Assembly: GCF_000143415.4 (NCBI RefSeq) | Contig: NW_003314338.1 | Coordinates: 769,995-833,994 of the forward strand | From: Selaginella moellendorffii | Taxonomy: Eukaryota > Plantae > Lycopodiophyta | Direction: 5' to 3' | DNA length: 64,000 nucleotides | Program-made: the position numbers and the translations under genes | Notes under the pieces: generated by a model | Told to the model about the DNA's origin: nothing | Seen by the model: the letters and a program-made list of their open reading frames with translations, nothing else | The model's database searches: none | Shown: in pieces, positions 35,200-51,749 of the stretch | Layout of the letters: every line of letters starts with the position of its first letter | Position numbering within the stretch: position 1 is the stretch's first letter

Positions 35200-36550
35200 T
35201 CAAGTGATATTAATGGCAAAGAGAACAGGAAGAAAGAAAGAATTTAGGGTTCTACGGCCCCAGATGGTCGATCTGGGGCAGGGATCTTTGCGTGTGGACG
35301 GAGCATCGATGGTGTGCAAGGAATCGGCGAGGTAGCGCTTCCAATATCGCTTCGTCGTCAGAGAAATTGGTCTTTTGTTTCGAGCACAAGTACACGGAGA
35401 CAAATCTTTGCTTCTCTGGACTTAAAGGTCAAGACAGGCTGGTGGTGGAGCTGCTAGGAAACGTACCGGTACTACAGTGCTGCAGTGGTGTTTTGGCAGA
35501 AACGCAAGAGCATCGAGCTCGTTTGCCAGGCAGGACTTGAAGGAGCTCTGGACATGGTGGAGTGGAGGGAGCTTCGGACTTCTCGGCTTGCCTCATATAT
35601 CTAGTTAAGTACTAGATTGCGGATAGGAGCTCCTACGATCACTACAGGAGGAACGGAAACATTTGCCGCTTGATCAAGCTTTGCCTTGACTCGGGTGATT
35701 CCAACTAAGTTTATCGGCTGATCGAGGTGCTGGGACAGGAAAGAAGCTCCCACAATCACTACACGAGATATCTTTTGAAGGGATCAAGTCCGTTAAGGTT
35801 GCAAAGGTGGTTGCTCAAGCCCCCAAGTTTCTGGGATGGGATGCCCCCCGGAGCTAGACCAGTTCGTGTTCTTCTGCCGTAATCTCGATAGCCGAGATGC
35901 TCTTCGGCACGATCAAGTTCCATCCTTCGTCGAATAGAAAGCTGGAACGGGAGATCTTTGCAAGCTGCTCATCAACCTCTGGAAGCAAGACGCTGCTCAA
36001 CACGTCCGTTGGAAGAACGATACTTAACTCTATCCGAAGCTTTGCGGGGTGGTCACAACCAGAGACCTGAAGGTGGCAGAGCTCGCAAGCAACGTGATGA
36101 ACGTGTTTTTATGGCTGGACGACGCCACAATGCTGGAGAGCTTCATACTCAAGCTCAAGAGCCAGAAGCTCAAGGACTTTGTGGCAAAAAGTAAAGAGGC
36201 ATCTGGTATCAATCAAAGGGAAGTGTGCTCTTTGCGACATAGCCCAGGAGAGGATCAACGAGCTCTCGAAGCTGCAGAAGCCGGATCCACACAGGTGGTG
36301 TCAACCTTTGGCAACGGTTCCGGGTCATCCCGAGGTGGAGGCGTTTCTCCGGGGTCCCCAAGAGACGTTCACAGGTCCCAGGCGCGAAGCTTTGCTAGCA
36401 GCTACTTCGATGGGAAGTTTAGGAGCGGCTTCAGTGCAAAGGCTTCCTTCTGATACTCGGAATGCGTATGCTGAGATGAGGAAGGTGTACACGAATGGAC
36501 AGACGGAGCTGAGGCTCCTTCAGCAACGCATTCAAGAGGAAAGCTAGCTC
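35200..36550 (+). pseudogene. Relic of an uncharacterised gene, copy 1
   Basis: Coding-like GC-rich stretch with frameshifts; readable ERINELSKLQKPDPHRWCQPLATVPGHPEVEAFLRGPQETFTG. Confidence 0.55.
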
Positions 36551-36796
36551 ATAAAAGAGTTTGTGGTCAAAGCTGGTGAGGCCAACAAGGTAAAAGAAGA
36601 AAATCGTCAAGTTTACAATGTTCATAGCTCAATGTTGCAGCTTCACTGCAGCGAACATTCGTTGTATGAATGTTTCTTGCTTCTTAAATTTAGCATCACG
36701 GGTCATGGACGAACTCTCCTAAATTAGTCGTCACACGGACACATTCCGCGCCTCAGTCTTCTTACCTACAAATCTCAAACACAAGTCATCAAGTTC

Positions 36797-38280
36797 ATGG
36801 CGCTCTCAATCTTTATATTCGTCCTTTTAAGTTCAAGTGCCATCTCCATCGCTCAGGTGTATATCATTTCTTATGTAGCGTAACTTCTAGTTTATAAGCC
36901 CTTGCGTATTTCCAGGGACGAGAAAAGCAAAATTTGGCAAAGACATTATCATCGGTGTTTTGGATTCAGGTATTTCCTTTTTCCATCATTTTCTTCTTTT
37001 TACTGGTCTTCTCCAGGAGTATGGCCAGAGTCGGAAAGCTTTTCGGATCATGGCATGGGACCAATCCCCGAAAGATGAAAGGAGCTTGCGAAACTGGGGA
37101 GCAATTCAACGCTTCTCACTGCAGAAAGTAAAAATAACACTCTAAGTGAATTTAAATTTTTTCAACATTTGATCTTTCAGGAAACTTATAGGTGCCAGAT
37201 TCTTTACCCACGGCCTGCAAGATGGTCCCGAGGCTTATGCGAAAGCACACCAAGAAGTTCTTTCTCCAAGAGATGTTCAAGGCCATGGAACTCACGTGGC
37301 TTCCACTCCTGGAGGCCGATTTATGAGAAACGCAAACTGGTTTGGCTATGCGAAAGGCACTGCAAAAGGTGGAGCTCCGGACTCACGTCTCGCAATCTAC
37401 AAGATATGCTGGAGAAACATCGTAAGGTGCCCGGATTCTCACATTCTCAGCGCATTTGATATGGGAATCCACGATGGCGTGGATATCATTTCTGCATCTT
37501 TCGGTGGTCCAGCAGGTGATTACTTCCTTGATTCTACGTCCATTGGAGCGTTCCATGCCATGCAGAAAGGCATTGTGGTGGTGGCTGCCGCTGGAAACGG
37601 GCAGGAACGTGAAGGGCCTGGCTCTGTGCAAAATGTAGCTCCTTGGGTCATCACTGTTGGGGCGAGCACTCTTGATCGATCCTATTTTGGAGACCTTTAC
37701 CTTGGCAACAATAAATCATTTCGGGGCTTTAGCATGACGGAGCAAAGATTAAAAAAGCGGTGGTATCATCTTGCTGCGGGAGCCGATGTTGGCTTGCCAA
37801 CTTCCAACTTTTCAGCCAGGTAAAATAATTAATCTTTGATTTGAGTTCATTTGAAATTATTAATGATGCAGGCAAATGTGTATGAGCGGGTCTTTGGATC
37901 CCAAAGAAGTCCGGGGAAAGATTGTGGCATGCTTGAGAGGGCCACAGGTTCCATTACGCGAAGTTTCTCGAGCTGGTGGAGCTGGCACTGAAGATCCCGG
38001 AAATGAGATTCTTTCTTCAGTTCATGTTGATGAAAGAGTTGGACAAGTCATTTTTTCATATATCAAATCTACAAGGTAAAAGCGTTATTTTCTTCCTTTC
38101 TTTCTGTTTCTTAGTTTTGTGTCTGGCAGAGATCCTAACTTTGAGAAACCGAAAACCTGCTCCTTCCATGGCACCCTTTTCATTCTCTGGTCCCAACTCG
38201 GTTGATCCAGACATTCTCAAGGTTTGTCAAATGGTTTATTGCTTTTTTTTTTGTTGGTACTTTTTGAAGATTTTTGTCCA
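36797..38280 (+). pseudogene. Subtilase B1 pseudogene
   Basis: Prodomain exons deleted (join near 36920), TGG>TGA at PER*, PA-domain deletions; ends before PDITAPG so the catalytic Ser is lost. Confidence 0.9.
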
Positions 38281-38839
38281 ATTGACAAGCATATGACGTG
38301 TTCCATCTCACGGTGATCCTAGTTTTCTTGAGTTTGTATGTGTGGTAAGAAATATCATGGCTCAGGCAGAGAATGCAAATAGCAGTAGCTTCTGCAATTA
38401 GCTTCACCACTCTCACAAGCAAGAATATGGTCTTCCTGCCACAGCAGGGAGGGTTTTGCATGCCCCGAAGTGTACAGCTTTGTCAATGAATTCTACAGAT
38501 GGTCTCTGCGTTCTTCCCTCGCCAGTGTCCTCTCTACGACAACTGGCATCGACATCTAGCTCGCCAATTCCACCTACCAGCAAGCTAGTGCATGGAGAGT
38601 GATCAGCAACTCAACAAGTGATGGGGGAGCCAACAAGCTGTAAGCCCCACATCTGCATAGGCTTATCCATTGGTGGTAGCCAGAGCAATTGATTGTGTCT
38701 CTTGACTACTCCCATTTTTTTTATGGAGTGTGTAGAACTTAAACAAGAGAGATAGCACCAAGAAAGTAAATGACCGTCTGGAACCCTTGTAATCAAGTGG
38801 AAATTTACTGAATTATCACAAAGAAGAATAAAAAGACTT

Positions 38840-40560
38840 ACCAATGGTAAAAAAAAATCTTTCACAATTTTTATAGTTGATGTAGAAATTAAGATTCATA
38901 GACAACTTCTCAATCCCCTTTACATGAATAGAGCAAAGTCTTTTAGCTTGTGTTTGGCTTTAAAATCAAATGTAAAACATTACTAATTAACAATATTTTT
39001 CATTAAATTTTCTTCTAGATACTTTACCTATGTGACAAAATTAACCTTGCATTATATTTCTATTGATTAACATCACCAAAGCTTTTTCTGATTTAGCTGC
39101 ATTGAGGGTACCATCTATAGAAGACCAAATGTTGCCACCAAAGCAAAACCATTTGGCTAATATATTTGATGTTTTAAGGATCTTTTTGAGCAAACAAGCA
39201 TTACTTTTACCCTAGAGGTTGGACACTTTTCCTTTAGAATATTCTACTATTATATAATGAATGATTAATGTACTTTTAATGTTCTAAAATTGTTGTCTTT
39301 TTTAGTATACTTTCTCCAACACTTTTACTCTAGCACTTTACTCTTGGTCACTATCTATTGGTGCTCATGTTTCAAATAAATGGTCTTGTTCTTATGATTA
39401 TTCCAATAGTGGTTGTTATAATTGTGGTCAATTTGGTCATATAGCTAGTTTTATTATCAATCTTGTGGGTTTTCTCATCATTCCAGATGTATTTCCCAAT
39501 TTTGTTGGCAACATCCAAATCATACTCATTTAGTTTTTTATGTTATTCTTTGTCTATAACAATTTCTTTAAGCTTATATTGCTACTAGTTCTAATGGGCA
39601 ACAATAGCACATATATACTGCTGACAATGACTCATCCCCTCCTATTTTATTTTGAACAGAATACTAATGGTGTTTTGCTAACTATTTGTTCTTCTTTTTA
39701 CTATTATTATTGACTCTAGTGCCACATAACATATGGCTGAGCACTCTAAATTTCATGATTATCAAGTTATGTTAGTTATGACTTGTTTTTTTCTTGGTGA
39801 TAATTCTAAGAATTTTATTGAAGGGATTTGCAAATTCTTTTTTTTTTCTTTATATTCTATCACTTCTGTAATGCACTTGAATTTGAATTTGAATTTGAAT
39901 ATTGACTGTTGTGCTATAAAACAACGATTTGATACACACTTAATATCTCTTATGAGCACTAACTCTTTGTATTTAACTCTTACATGCAAAATAGTGTTAA
40001 ACAATGTTTAACACAATTTTGGTATATTAGTGGGTTAACACAAAGAAGAGGGTACCCCACCAACTAAAGTAACATAGAGTTTAGGTTTAGAACTAAGCTG
40101 GATGCAAAATAAAGAGTGATATTATTGAACAAAAGCCAAACTAATATTTTAAATAATCAACCATTCAATCAAACCATTATTTATATTATAGTTCCTCCCC
40201 CCTTTAAGGAATGCATGTTTTGGGCTTTCACCCTAGTCCCAGGAATTATCTCAAAACTTACTAAATATAGAATGACACTAGATGGTGAATTAAGATGCAT
40301 TAACAACATCATAAGGTTCAAAACACTCACACTCTCTACATATGCTTTATAGACACTTTCTAGAAATAATATATGGATCCAGAATAGAATCAACACATAA
40401 GATATGATAGTAAGGATGTTTAGTAAGTTATTATGTAACTTGAGGGAATATACTCAATATTGTGGGGGTTCCCAACATTAGCAATTTCAAATTAACAAAT
40501 GAGTTTTTCTAACTAATTTAAGTATTAATTTGGATAGAAATACTAGCCTTTTGCCATAAT
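38840..40560. mobile_element. Degenerate Ty1/copia remnant, copy 1, with an internally inverted part
   Basis: Plus strand: CYNCGQFGHIASF knuckle (39414-39455), IIDSSAT*HM protease (39706-39735), LGDNS..IEGI. Minus strand beyond about 39865: RT/RNase H-like FNTILHVRVKY. Confidence 0.75.
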
Positions 40561-41808
40561 GCACATAACATACAAAAGAACAAGAATCAAAATTGCCTAC
40601 ATGCAAAGAGCTCTCACCCAAACCTTGATCAATATATGCTCTTTAAGCACCCATGTTGCAACACACAAAAGATCAAGAGCCGCCCACTTGCAAACCCTGA
40701 TTAATATGTGCTTGTTGTGCCCACCGCTTCATGAAACTTGTTTTTGAAGTGCCCATGCTGCACCTAAGATTGTGGGAAAGCTGTTGCTCTCAATTGGACA
40801 GGAAAGTACTGTAGTATGAAAGACAAAAAAAACATCACTATATTTCATATGACATCACATGTACCTGTGTGGCAAGCTGATGTGGTATAGCAATCTCACA
40901 TGTCATACTGATGTGGCACAACCCCATACTGAATGCCATCACATTTTGATCCTAGGGCAATCAAAATGTATTTTTATAATGTGGGCACTAACCATATGCA
41001 TGCCTTTAATGTTAAGGCACCAAAGCTGCCTGATTGATTGCCATAAGGTGTGAATTAAACATGGGATCAAGAAATGTTTGATATGGCTAGGAGACTTATC
41101 AAAGTTATATGTGGTGACACAAGTATTTTGTTGGTTTTGTTCTCTTTATTTGCATCTCATCATATTCTTTTGCAGGAGATAGATTTATATTGTGATGGGT
41201 AGTTTGTCAATTATGATACATGGTCATTTTATTGCCATAATTGCAACTTTCACATGAACAACTATGTTGTATTGTACACCCAAGAGCCAGAATTGATGAT
41301 GGTCTAGGCATTCCCGAATGCACCACCACCAATTCCAAAACCCCATCCTCCCCCAGTTCCAGCACATGACGCTTTATGTAATGGGAGTGATGTTGAGCAT
41401 TAGAAAGGAGAGCAGCACTTTATGTGTGTATAAGGATATTCTCAAAGGTAGTTGAGTTGGGCACACGCTACAAGGTGTTGTTTGAGGTGTTATTCAACCT
41501 TCTAGTCCTTGACAACATCTCAGACAATAGACAATGAGGTTTTTTGTAAGTAGGTTCATAGCTGAGGATTGGCTTGCAGCATGCAATGGCAATAACCTTC
41601 ACCCATCCGTGCATGAGTGGATAGTCCGTTCAGTCAGTGTAATGGCAACCAAGGAGGCTCCACCACTTTGCCATGGGCTCTCGCTTCTTGGCACCCGGCC
41701 AGAGAGTCACCTTGGAGCACTTCCACCTGAATTTTATGGTGTGCAATTGTCTACATGCAATGCAATCATCAAATTAAACAAGAGGTACAAAACCTACAAG
41801 CACCGTGA

Positions 41809-42180
41809 GTCATCCACTCCAGGTGGGCCATACTCAGAGCTCTCGGCTGCGTCACCCCAGCGTTCAGTTTGGTGAGGCTGTGTGGTTTAAGGCCAGCTCG
41901 CAGATCTTTAAGGAAGGTGGCCTCGACTACCTGGGAAATTCCAACCTCGTCCACAGACAGAGGCATCCTTGCCATCTGGGCCTGCCAAGTTATCCTCATG
42001 GGAGCTGTCGAGAGCTTGGCGAGGGACTGGACAAGATCTACCCCGGAGGTGCGTCTGATCCGCTCGGACTCGCTGACGACCCGATACTTTCGCTGAGCTC
42101 AAGGTGAAGGCATCGAGAACTTGTTCGACCACCTTGACAACCCCACCGTCCACAACCTGGGCATAACTTCACTCCCGGAT
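41809..42180 (+). pseudogene. LHCB 3' fragment (unit 2)
   Basis: [24 protein letters not shown]...[11 protein letters not shown] with several deletions and frameshifts; no 5' half. Confidence 0.93.
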
Positions 42181-42531
42181 CTTTGTTCCGTGATCACTGT
42201 AAACCAGAATAAAAGAGGCTTCCTTCCTGTCACTGTTGACGCTTAGGAACTCGTTGTGAAGAGCAGTGATCCTGCTGTACTTGACAAAGAAGATCCCCGT
42301 GTGCCTTTTCGGTTCGAGCTTGCAAAGCTCCTCGTTGAGATCATTATACACGAAATGGAACCAATTCCTGTTATCAAAGCTATGAATTGTCTCTGGAAAA
42401 CACATATTGAGAATCAGAAAAAAGAAACAAGGAAGCCTGAACTAGTAACTTATCTTGACCGATTGTTGGGTGAAGAAGCACATCTTGTAAAAGACGGTAT
42501 CAGAACAAGTGAAACCAGAAAAACGAAAGAG

Positions 42532-44340
42532 TCAATTCCAAGGAGAGTTTTCCATAGGCATGAATGGACTTGTGCTGGAGATATGGAAGCAAGCCTTCGT
42601 ATCCATTCTCTCGACCGATTCCACTCATCTTGTAGCCTCCAAACGGTACTGCTGGTCCGTATCCCAGGTAGGAATTCACATAGACAACGCCCGATTTGAT
42701 CGACCTGGTCAGAAGATTGACTGTGATCAATGTTCTTGCTGAAGACCGCCGCTGCTAGACCGTAGTGTGTGCTGTTTGCAAGCTCCACGGCTTCGTCAAG
42801 AGTCCTGACTCAGTGAAGTAATTACCATCAGATAAACCAAGGCATAAACGAGGTTTTCTTACTTGAACTTGAGCACTGAAAGCACGGGACCAAAGATTTC
42901 CTCGTTGGCAATCTTCATAGATTGCTACACAAATGTCCTGGATGTTCTGAGAAAGAGTAAAAGAATTTTAACACAGCAAACCTTGACGTCTCCAAAAATT
43001 GTTGGCTGGATGTAAAATCCTTTGATTGGAAAGGATCTCCAATTTCACGTTCGCTTGCCAGCTTGACAGACCTCTTGATAAACTCGTCATGAATACTTTC
43101 GTGAACAAAGACTCGCGATGCAGCAACACAGACTTGTCCCTGAAACACATGTCATCATATCCAAACAAGTTCCCATCCTGAAAATTTCACCTGATGCATG
43201 AAAATGGCATTTTGAGAGACGGCCGCAGCCGCGGCATCCTCGCAGATTATAAACGGAGATTTGCCACCAAGCTCCAGTGTGACGGGCTTTAAGTTTCTTC
43301 TCGCAGCACTCTCCATTATCATTCTTCCAACTTCAGTGGAACCAGTAAATGTCACCTGAGGAGAAAAAGGAACTTTTCTTTTCAACTTTTTTTTTCAATT
43401 GCAAGCTTTCTTACCCTACCCACGCTCATATGCTTCGAAATCGCGGCTCCTGCAGTGGGACCATAACCAGGAATAACATTGAGGACTCCCGCGGGAATAC
43501 CTGCCTATATTCGTGAAGAAAAAATGACTTTTTGTAGTGCAAGTCTTTCTTACCTCTTGAGAAAGACTCGCCAGGAGCAGTCCTGTCAAAGGTGTCTGCT
43601 CGGCAACCTTGACAACGATCGTATTTCCACAAGTTAACGCAGACCCGACTTTGGTGAGAAACATATGAGCCGGGAAGTTCCACGGAACAATCGCTCCAAC
43701 CACACCAATTGGCTCCAAAAGGGTGTAGCACATCCGAGTAGAATCAGTTCGCAAGGTCTTTCCATTGAGCTTGTCAGCCCAGCCTGAGAAAAAAAAGCCA
43801 CTCCACTGGTCCAGCAGTTTTTCAAAAGAACTCTTTATTTAAAATATGCTTGTAGTACCTGCATTGTATCGCAGAGGCAACCGAACCCGCAATTATCCCC
43901 TTGCTTAGATCGATCAACATTCCGTTGTTGAGGGTCTCAAGAGTTGCCAGTTCGTCGAGATGTTCCTCGATCACATCCGCGAACTTGTGAAGTATCCTTC
44001 CAACGAGCATGAACAAAAGATAAATAAGAAGGAAGAATGAAGAAGGAAGAACTTACAGCAGCAGCAAGTCGTGGCCAGGGCCCGGATCAAACGCTTCGCG
44101 TGCGACTCTCACGGCCAGATCCACATCCGCCGCGTCTCCCTCGGCGACTTGAGCAATACATTCGGAGTTGCTGGGATTGAAAGTGGGGAACGTCTTGTCT
44201 GCGAAAGATCGACAAAACCATTTCACTCTCACCACAAAAGCACAAGAAAAGCAAAGATCACAACCTGAGACAGCGTCCACGAATCGCCCATCGATGAAGA
44301 GCTTGGTGTGCTTGACGAGATCCCTGGCATCGCTCCCCAT
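42532..44340 (-). pseudogene. ALDH2 copy 2 pseudogene
   Basis: Same exons as copy 1, with an internal deletion near 43021, loss of DLDS and several small frameshifting indels. Confidence 0.92.
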
Positions 44341-45328
44341 ATCTTTTTTGCTTTGCTGCTAAGCCTCGAGTAGTATATACCGGTGCGAATATCAATGAGA
44401 TATGATATCGACGTGGACGTGGACCTGTTAGTTCAGTGGTAGGTGTCGTAAAAAGGATTGACAAACGCAAATCTTGATAAACTAGCATCAAAACACATTT
44501 ACCGTTCGGTGAGTTCCAGTGATCCATTTGCACTATTTAGCCGCGTTTCCGAGCATTTGGAGCTCAATCCCATGCTGCAAACGAATATAAGAAACCGTAC
44601 AAGGAAACAACGAAAAACTAGTGCGATCCCAAGCGTTTTGGTAGCTCAATCTCCTGCTGCAAACAAAACAACAAAAATCCCCCACGAGTAAAGACTAAAG
44701 TGACGAAAGAGGCCAAGCCATTACTGTTTCTTGGGGGCCGGCTTTCTTCGTCATCTGGTTTCGTCAAGAAGAAAGTTCGTTCTCGTCAGATGAAATGAAA
44801 AGAAGAAAACTTGTTAGGGCTACAAGATCACCAAAAGAAAATCTACCATGGATCGTTTCCATCGGCCGGAATGGTTTAGGGCTTAACCTTGTCTAACAAT
44901 AATCTTAATTTTAGAAATTCTAGCCACTAATTAAACCCATCTTCCTAGAATGCCTGCTAGAAGTACGTGATGCAAACCAGTATTAACAGCGTCAGGATGT
45001 AGTAGTTCTTTCTCAGCTTGATTGATTTCCAAGGACAAGGAGGAAACACTCGGTTTATAATCTGTCAGCTAGTAATGTTAAATTCTCGTGATATAATTTA
45101 CCATCGACAAATTCTCCTGAATAAGTCATAGTTCATAGAGCTACAATTTGTCAACTCCTGATATACTTAACATCACTAGCCCTTGACAAATTCTCCTGAA
45201 TAAGTCGTATTTCATTGTAGAATCAAACAACACGACCTGAGATGCGCGTCACATGAAACATTCAGCAGTTTCCAATATAAATGATCATAACTTCTTCCTG
45301 CAATTCTCAAATACAATTCCTCAAGTTC

Positions 45329-48176
<2,848 letters not shown>

Positions 48177-48377
48177 GCAATTTTTCGGATGGAATAAAAT
48201 TTCCAACATAACAATCCGTGTTCGTGTTCTGTTAGATTTTTTGCCTCGGAGGCTTATGCAAAAGCCAATCAATTTCCAGACCATGGATGCCACAGCAAAC
48301 ATCCATTGGAGCATAATCATTATTAGTATAATCTTGGGGCAATTGATCCCCTTACCTATCGCATGCAAAGCGATATG

Positions 48378-49214
48378 ATCTTTGCAAGTTGCTCATCAAC
48401 CTCTGGAAGCAAGACGCTGCTCAACGCGTTTGATGGAAGAACGATACCTCCTACCTCTATCCGAAGTTTTGTGGGGTGGTCACAACCAGAGACCTGAAGG
48501 TGGCAGAGCTCGCAAGCAACGTGATGAACGTGTTTTTATGGCTGGACGACGCCACAATGCTGGAGAGCTTCATACTCAATCTCAAGAGCCAGAAGCTCAA
48601 GGACTTTGTGGCGAAAGTTTTCCGGGATGGAGGCATCTGGTATCGATCAAAGGGAACTGTGCTCTTTGCGACATAGCCCAGGAGAGGACCAACGAGCTCT
48701 CGAAGCTCCAGAAGCCGGATCCACACAGGTGGTGTCAACCTTTGGCAACGGTTCCGGGTCATCCCGAGGTGGAGGCGTTTCTCCGGGGTCCCCAAGAGAC
48801 GTTCACAGGTCCCAGGCGCGAAGCTTTGCTAGCAGCTACTTCGATGGGAAGTTTAGGAGCGGCTTCAATGCAAAGCAAAGGCTTCCTTCTGATACTCGGA
48901 ATGCGTATGCTGAGATGAGGAAGGTGTACATAGACGGAGCTGAGGCTCCTTCAGCAACGCATTCAAGAGGTGAAGATTGGCAAGAGGAAAGCTATCACTA
49001 TTCCTGTGGCAAAAAAGGTATTGACCACAAACTCTTCTATGAGCTAGCGAGGGCGCTAAGCTGGCGAGGCCACAAGGTAAAAGAAGAAAATCGTCAACTT
49101 TACAATGTTCGTAGCTCAATGTTGCAGCTTCACTGCAGCGAACATTCGTTGTATGAATGTTTCTTGCTTCTTAAATTTAGCATCACGGGTCATGGACGAA
49201 CTCTCCTAAATTAG
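48378..49214 (+). pseudogene. Relic of the uncharacterised gene, copy 2 (5' part deleted)
   Basis: Matches 35950-36730, including WCQPLATVPGHPEVEAFLRGP; different indels. Confidence 0.6.
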
Positions 49215-49259
49215 TCGTCACACGGACACATTCCGCGTCTCCTCCAATATAAATGATCA

Positions 49260-51160
49260 CCTCTCCATCGCACAGGTGTATATACTTCTTGTTTATAAGC
49301 CCTTGCGTTTGATTCTATTTCCAGGGACGAGATCAAGGAGACACTCACATTGCGATAAATCGCTCCATCCAGATGCTGTTACTAGCTCCCATCACACACT
49401 CCTTCAGGACGTTTTAGGAAGGTAAAACTTCGATCACAATACAAAAGAGTATGAATTTGACATCCATATTTGTGTATGCCAGTGTCGAAGCTGCCAGAGA
49501 TTCACTGGGTTTTAGCTACAGGCATGGATTCAGTGGCTTCTCGGCTCGTCTTACAGAAGAACAAGCTTCTAACTCTAACGCTCATAGAAATAAAAAATGT
49601 AAGTCAATCTCTCCTCACGCTGTAGGCCTACCAAACGTGTTGTCCGTCTTTCCCAACAAAATCCACACGGTCCACACCACATTGACCTCATGGGAGTTTC
49701 TCGGCCTCTATGGAAATGGACAGAAATCCTTGTATGGGGCTAGTGAAGCTACTGAATCATCATGGCTATGGAGAAAAGCAAAATTTGGCAAAGACATTAT
49801 CATCGGCGTTTTGGATTCAGGTATTTCCTTTTTCCATCATTTTCTTCTTTTTACTGGTCTTCTCCACGAGTATGGTCAGAGTCGGAAAGCTTTTCCGATC
49901 AATGGCATGGGACCAATCCCCGAAAGATGGAAAGGAACTTGCGAAACTGGGGAGCAATTCCACTCTTCTCACTGCAACAAGTAAAAGCATGACTCACGTG
50001 AATCTAAATTTGTTCAACTTTTGATCTTTCAGGAAACTTATAGGTGCCAGATTCTTTACCCACGGCCTGCAAGATGCTCCTGAGGCTTATGTAAAAGCAC
50101 ACCAAGAAGTTCTTTCTCCAAGAGATGTTCAAGGCTATGGAACTCATGTGACTTCCACTGCCGGAGGCCGATTTGTGAGAAACGCAAACTGGTTTGGCTA
50201 CGCGAAAGGCACTGCAAAAGGTGGAGCTCCAGACTCATGTCTCGCAATCTACAAGGTATACTGGAGAAACGTCACGGCCAGCACCGTACGGTGTGAAAAC
50301 GCTCACATTCTCAGCGCATTTGATATGGGAATCCACGATGGCGTGGATATCATTTCTGCATCTTTCGGTGGTTCAGCGGGTGATTACTTCCTTGATTCTA
50401 CGTCCATTGGCGTTCCATGCCATGCAGAAAGGCATTGTGGTGGTGGCTTCCGCTGGAAACAAATGGCCGGGCTCGGTGGGAAGTGTAGCCCCCTGATCAT
50501 TACTGTTGGAGCGAGCACTCTTGATCGAGCCTACTTTGCAGATCTTTTCCTTGGCAACAATGACTCGTTTCAAGTACAGGGCGTATAGTCTATTATACAT
50601 CTCACTTTTTTGGACTCAGGGTTCTAGTTTTACGAGGCAAAGATTGTCAAAACGGTGGTATCATCTTGCTGCGGGTGCCGATGTTGGCTTGCCAACTTCC
50701 AACTTTCCAGCCAGGTAAAATAATTAATCTTTGATTTGAGTTCATTTGAAATCATTAATAATGCTGGCAAATGTGTATGAGCGGGTCTAAGTCCGGGGAA
50801 AGATTGTGGCATGCTTGAGAGGGCCACAGGTTCCATTACACGAAGTTTCTTGAGCTGGTGGAGCTGGCACTGAAGATCCTGGAAATGAGATTCTTTCTTC
50901 AGTTCATGTTGATGAAAGAGTTGGACAAGCCATTTTTTCATATATCAAGTTTACAAGGTAAAAGCGTTATTTTCTTCCTTTCTCTCTTTCCGTTTCTTAG
51001 CTTTGTGTCTGGCAGCGATCCTAACTTTGAGAAACCGAAACCTGCTCCTTCCATGGCACCCTTTTCATCCTCTGGTCCCAACTCGGTTGATCCAGACATT
51101 CTCAAATGCTTTGTTTTTTTTTTTTTTGGTACTTTTTGAAGATTTTTGTTCTTTCAGCCC
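49260..51160 (+). pseudogene. Subtilase B2 pseudogene
   Basis: Start codon region lost, catalytic HGTH changed to YGTH, frameshifts, truncated at the PDITAPG exon. Confidence 0.9.
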
Positions 51161-51749
51161 AATTGACAAGCATACCATCTCATGGTGATCCTAGTTTTCT
51201 TGAGTTTGAAGAACCATCATGGCTCAGGCAGAGAATGCAAACAGTAGTAGCTTCTGCAATCAGGTTCACCACTCTCACAAGCAAGAATCCTCCTTGTCAA
51301 ATATGGTCTTCCCACTGCTTCTGCCTGCAACAGCAGGGAGGGTTTTGCATGCCCCGAAGTGTACAGCTTTGTCAATGAATTGATCCGTTCTACAGATGGT
51401 CTCTGCGTTCTTCCCTCGCCAGTGTCCTCTCCACGACAACTGGCATCGACATCTAGCTCGCCAATTCCACCTACCAGCAAGCTAGTGCATGGAGAGTGAT
51501 CAGCAACTCAACAAGTGATGGGGGAGCCAACAAGCTGTATGCCTCGGCCGAGCCCCACATCTGCATAGGCTTATCCATTGGTGGTAGCCAGAGCAATTGA
51601 TTATGCCTCTTGACTACTCCCATTTTTTTTATGGAGTGTGTAGAACTTAAACAAGAGAGATAGCACCAAGAAAGTAAATGACCGTCTGGAACCCTTGTAA
51701 TCAAGTGGAAATTTACTGAATTATCACAAAGAAGAATAAAGACTTAGCA

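Noticed and set aside
38280-38840. Conserved 500-bp segment in all three units with short ORFs, possible LTR or small gene
   Set aside because: Conservation is explained by the triplication; ORFs are not kept in frame and an LTR start could not be fixed
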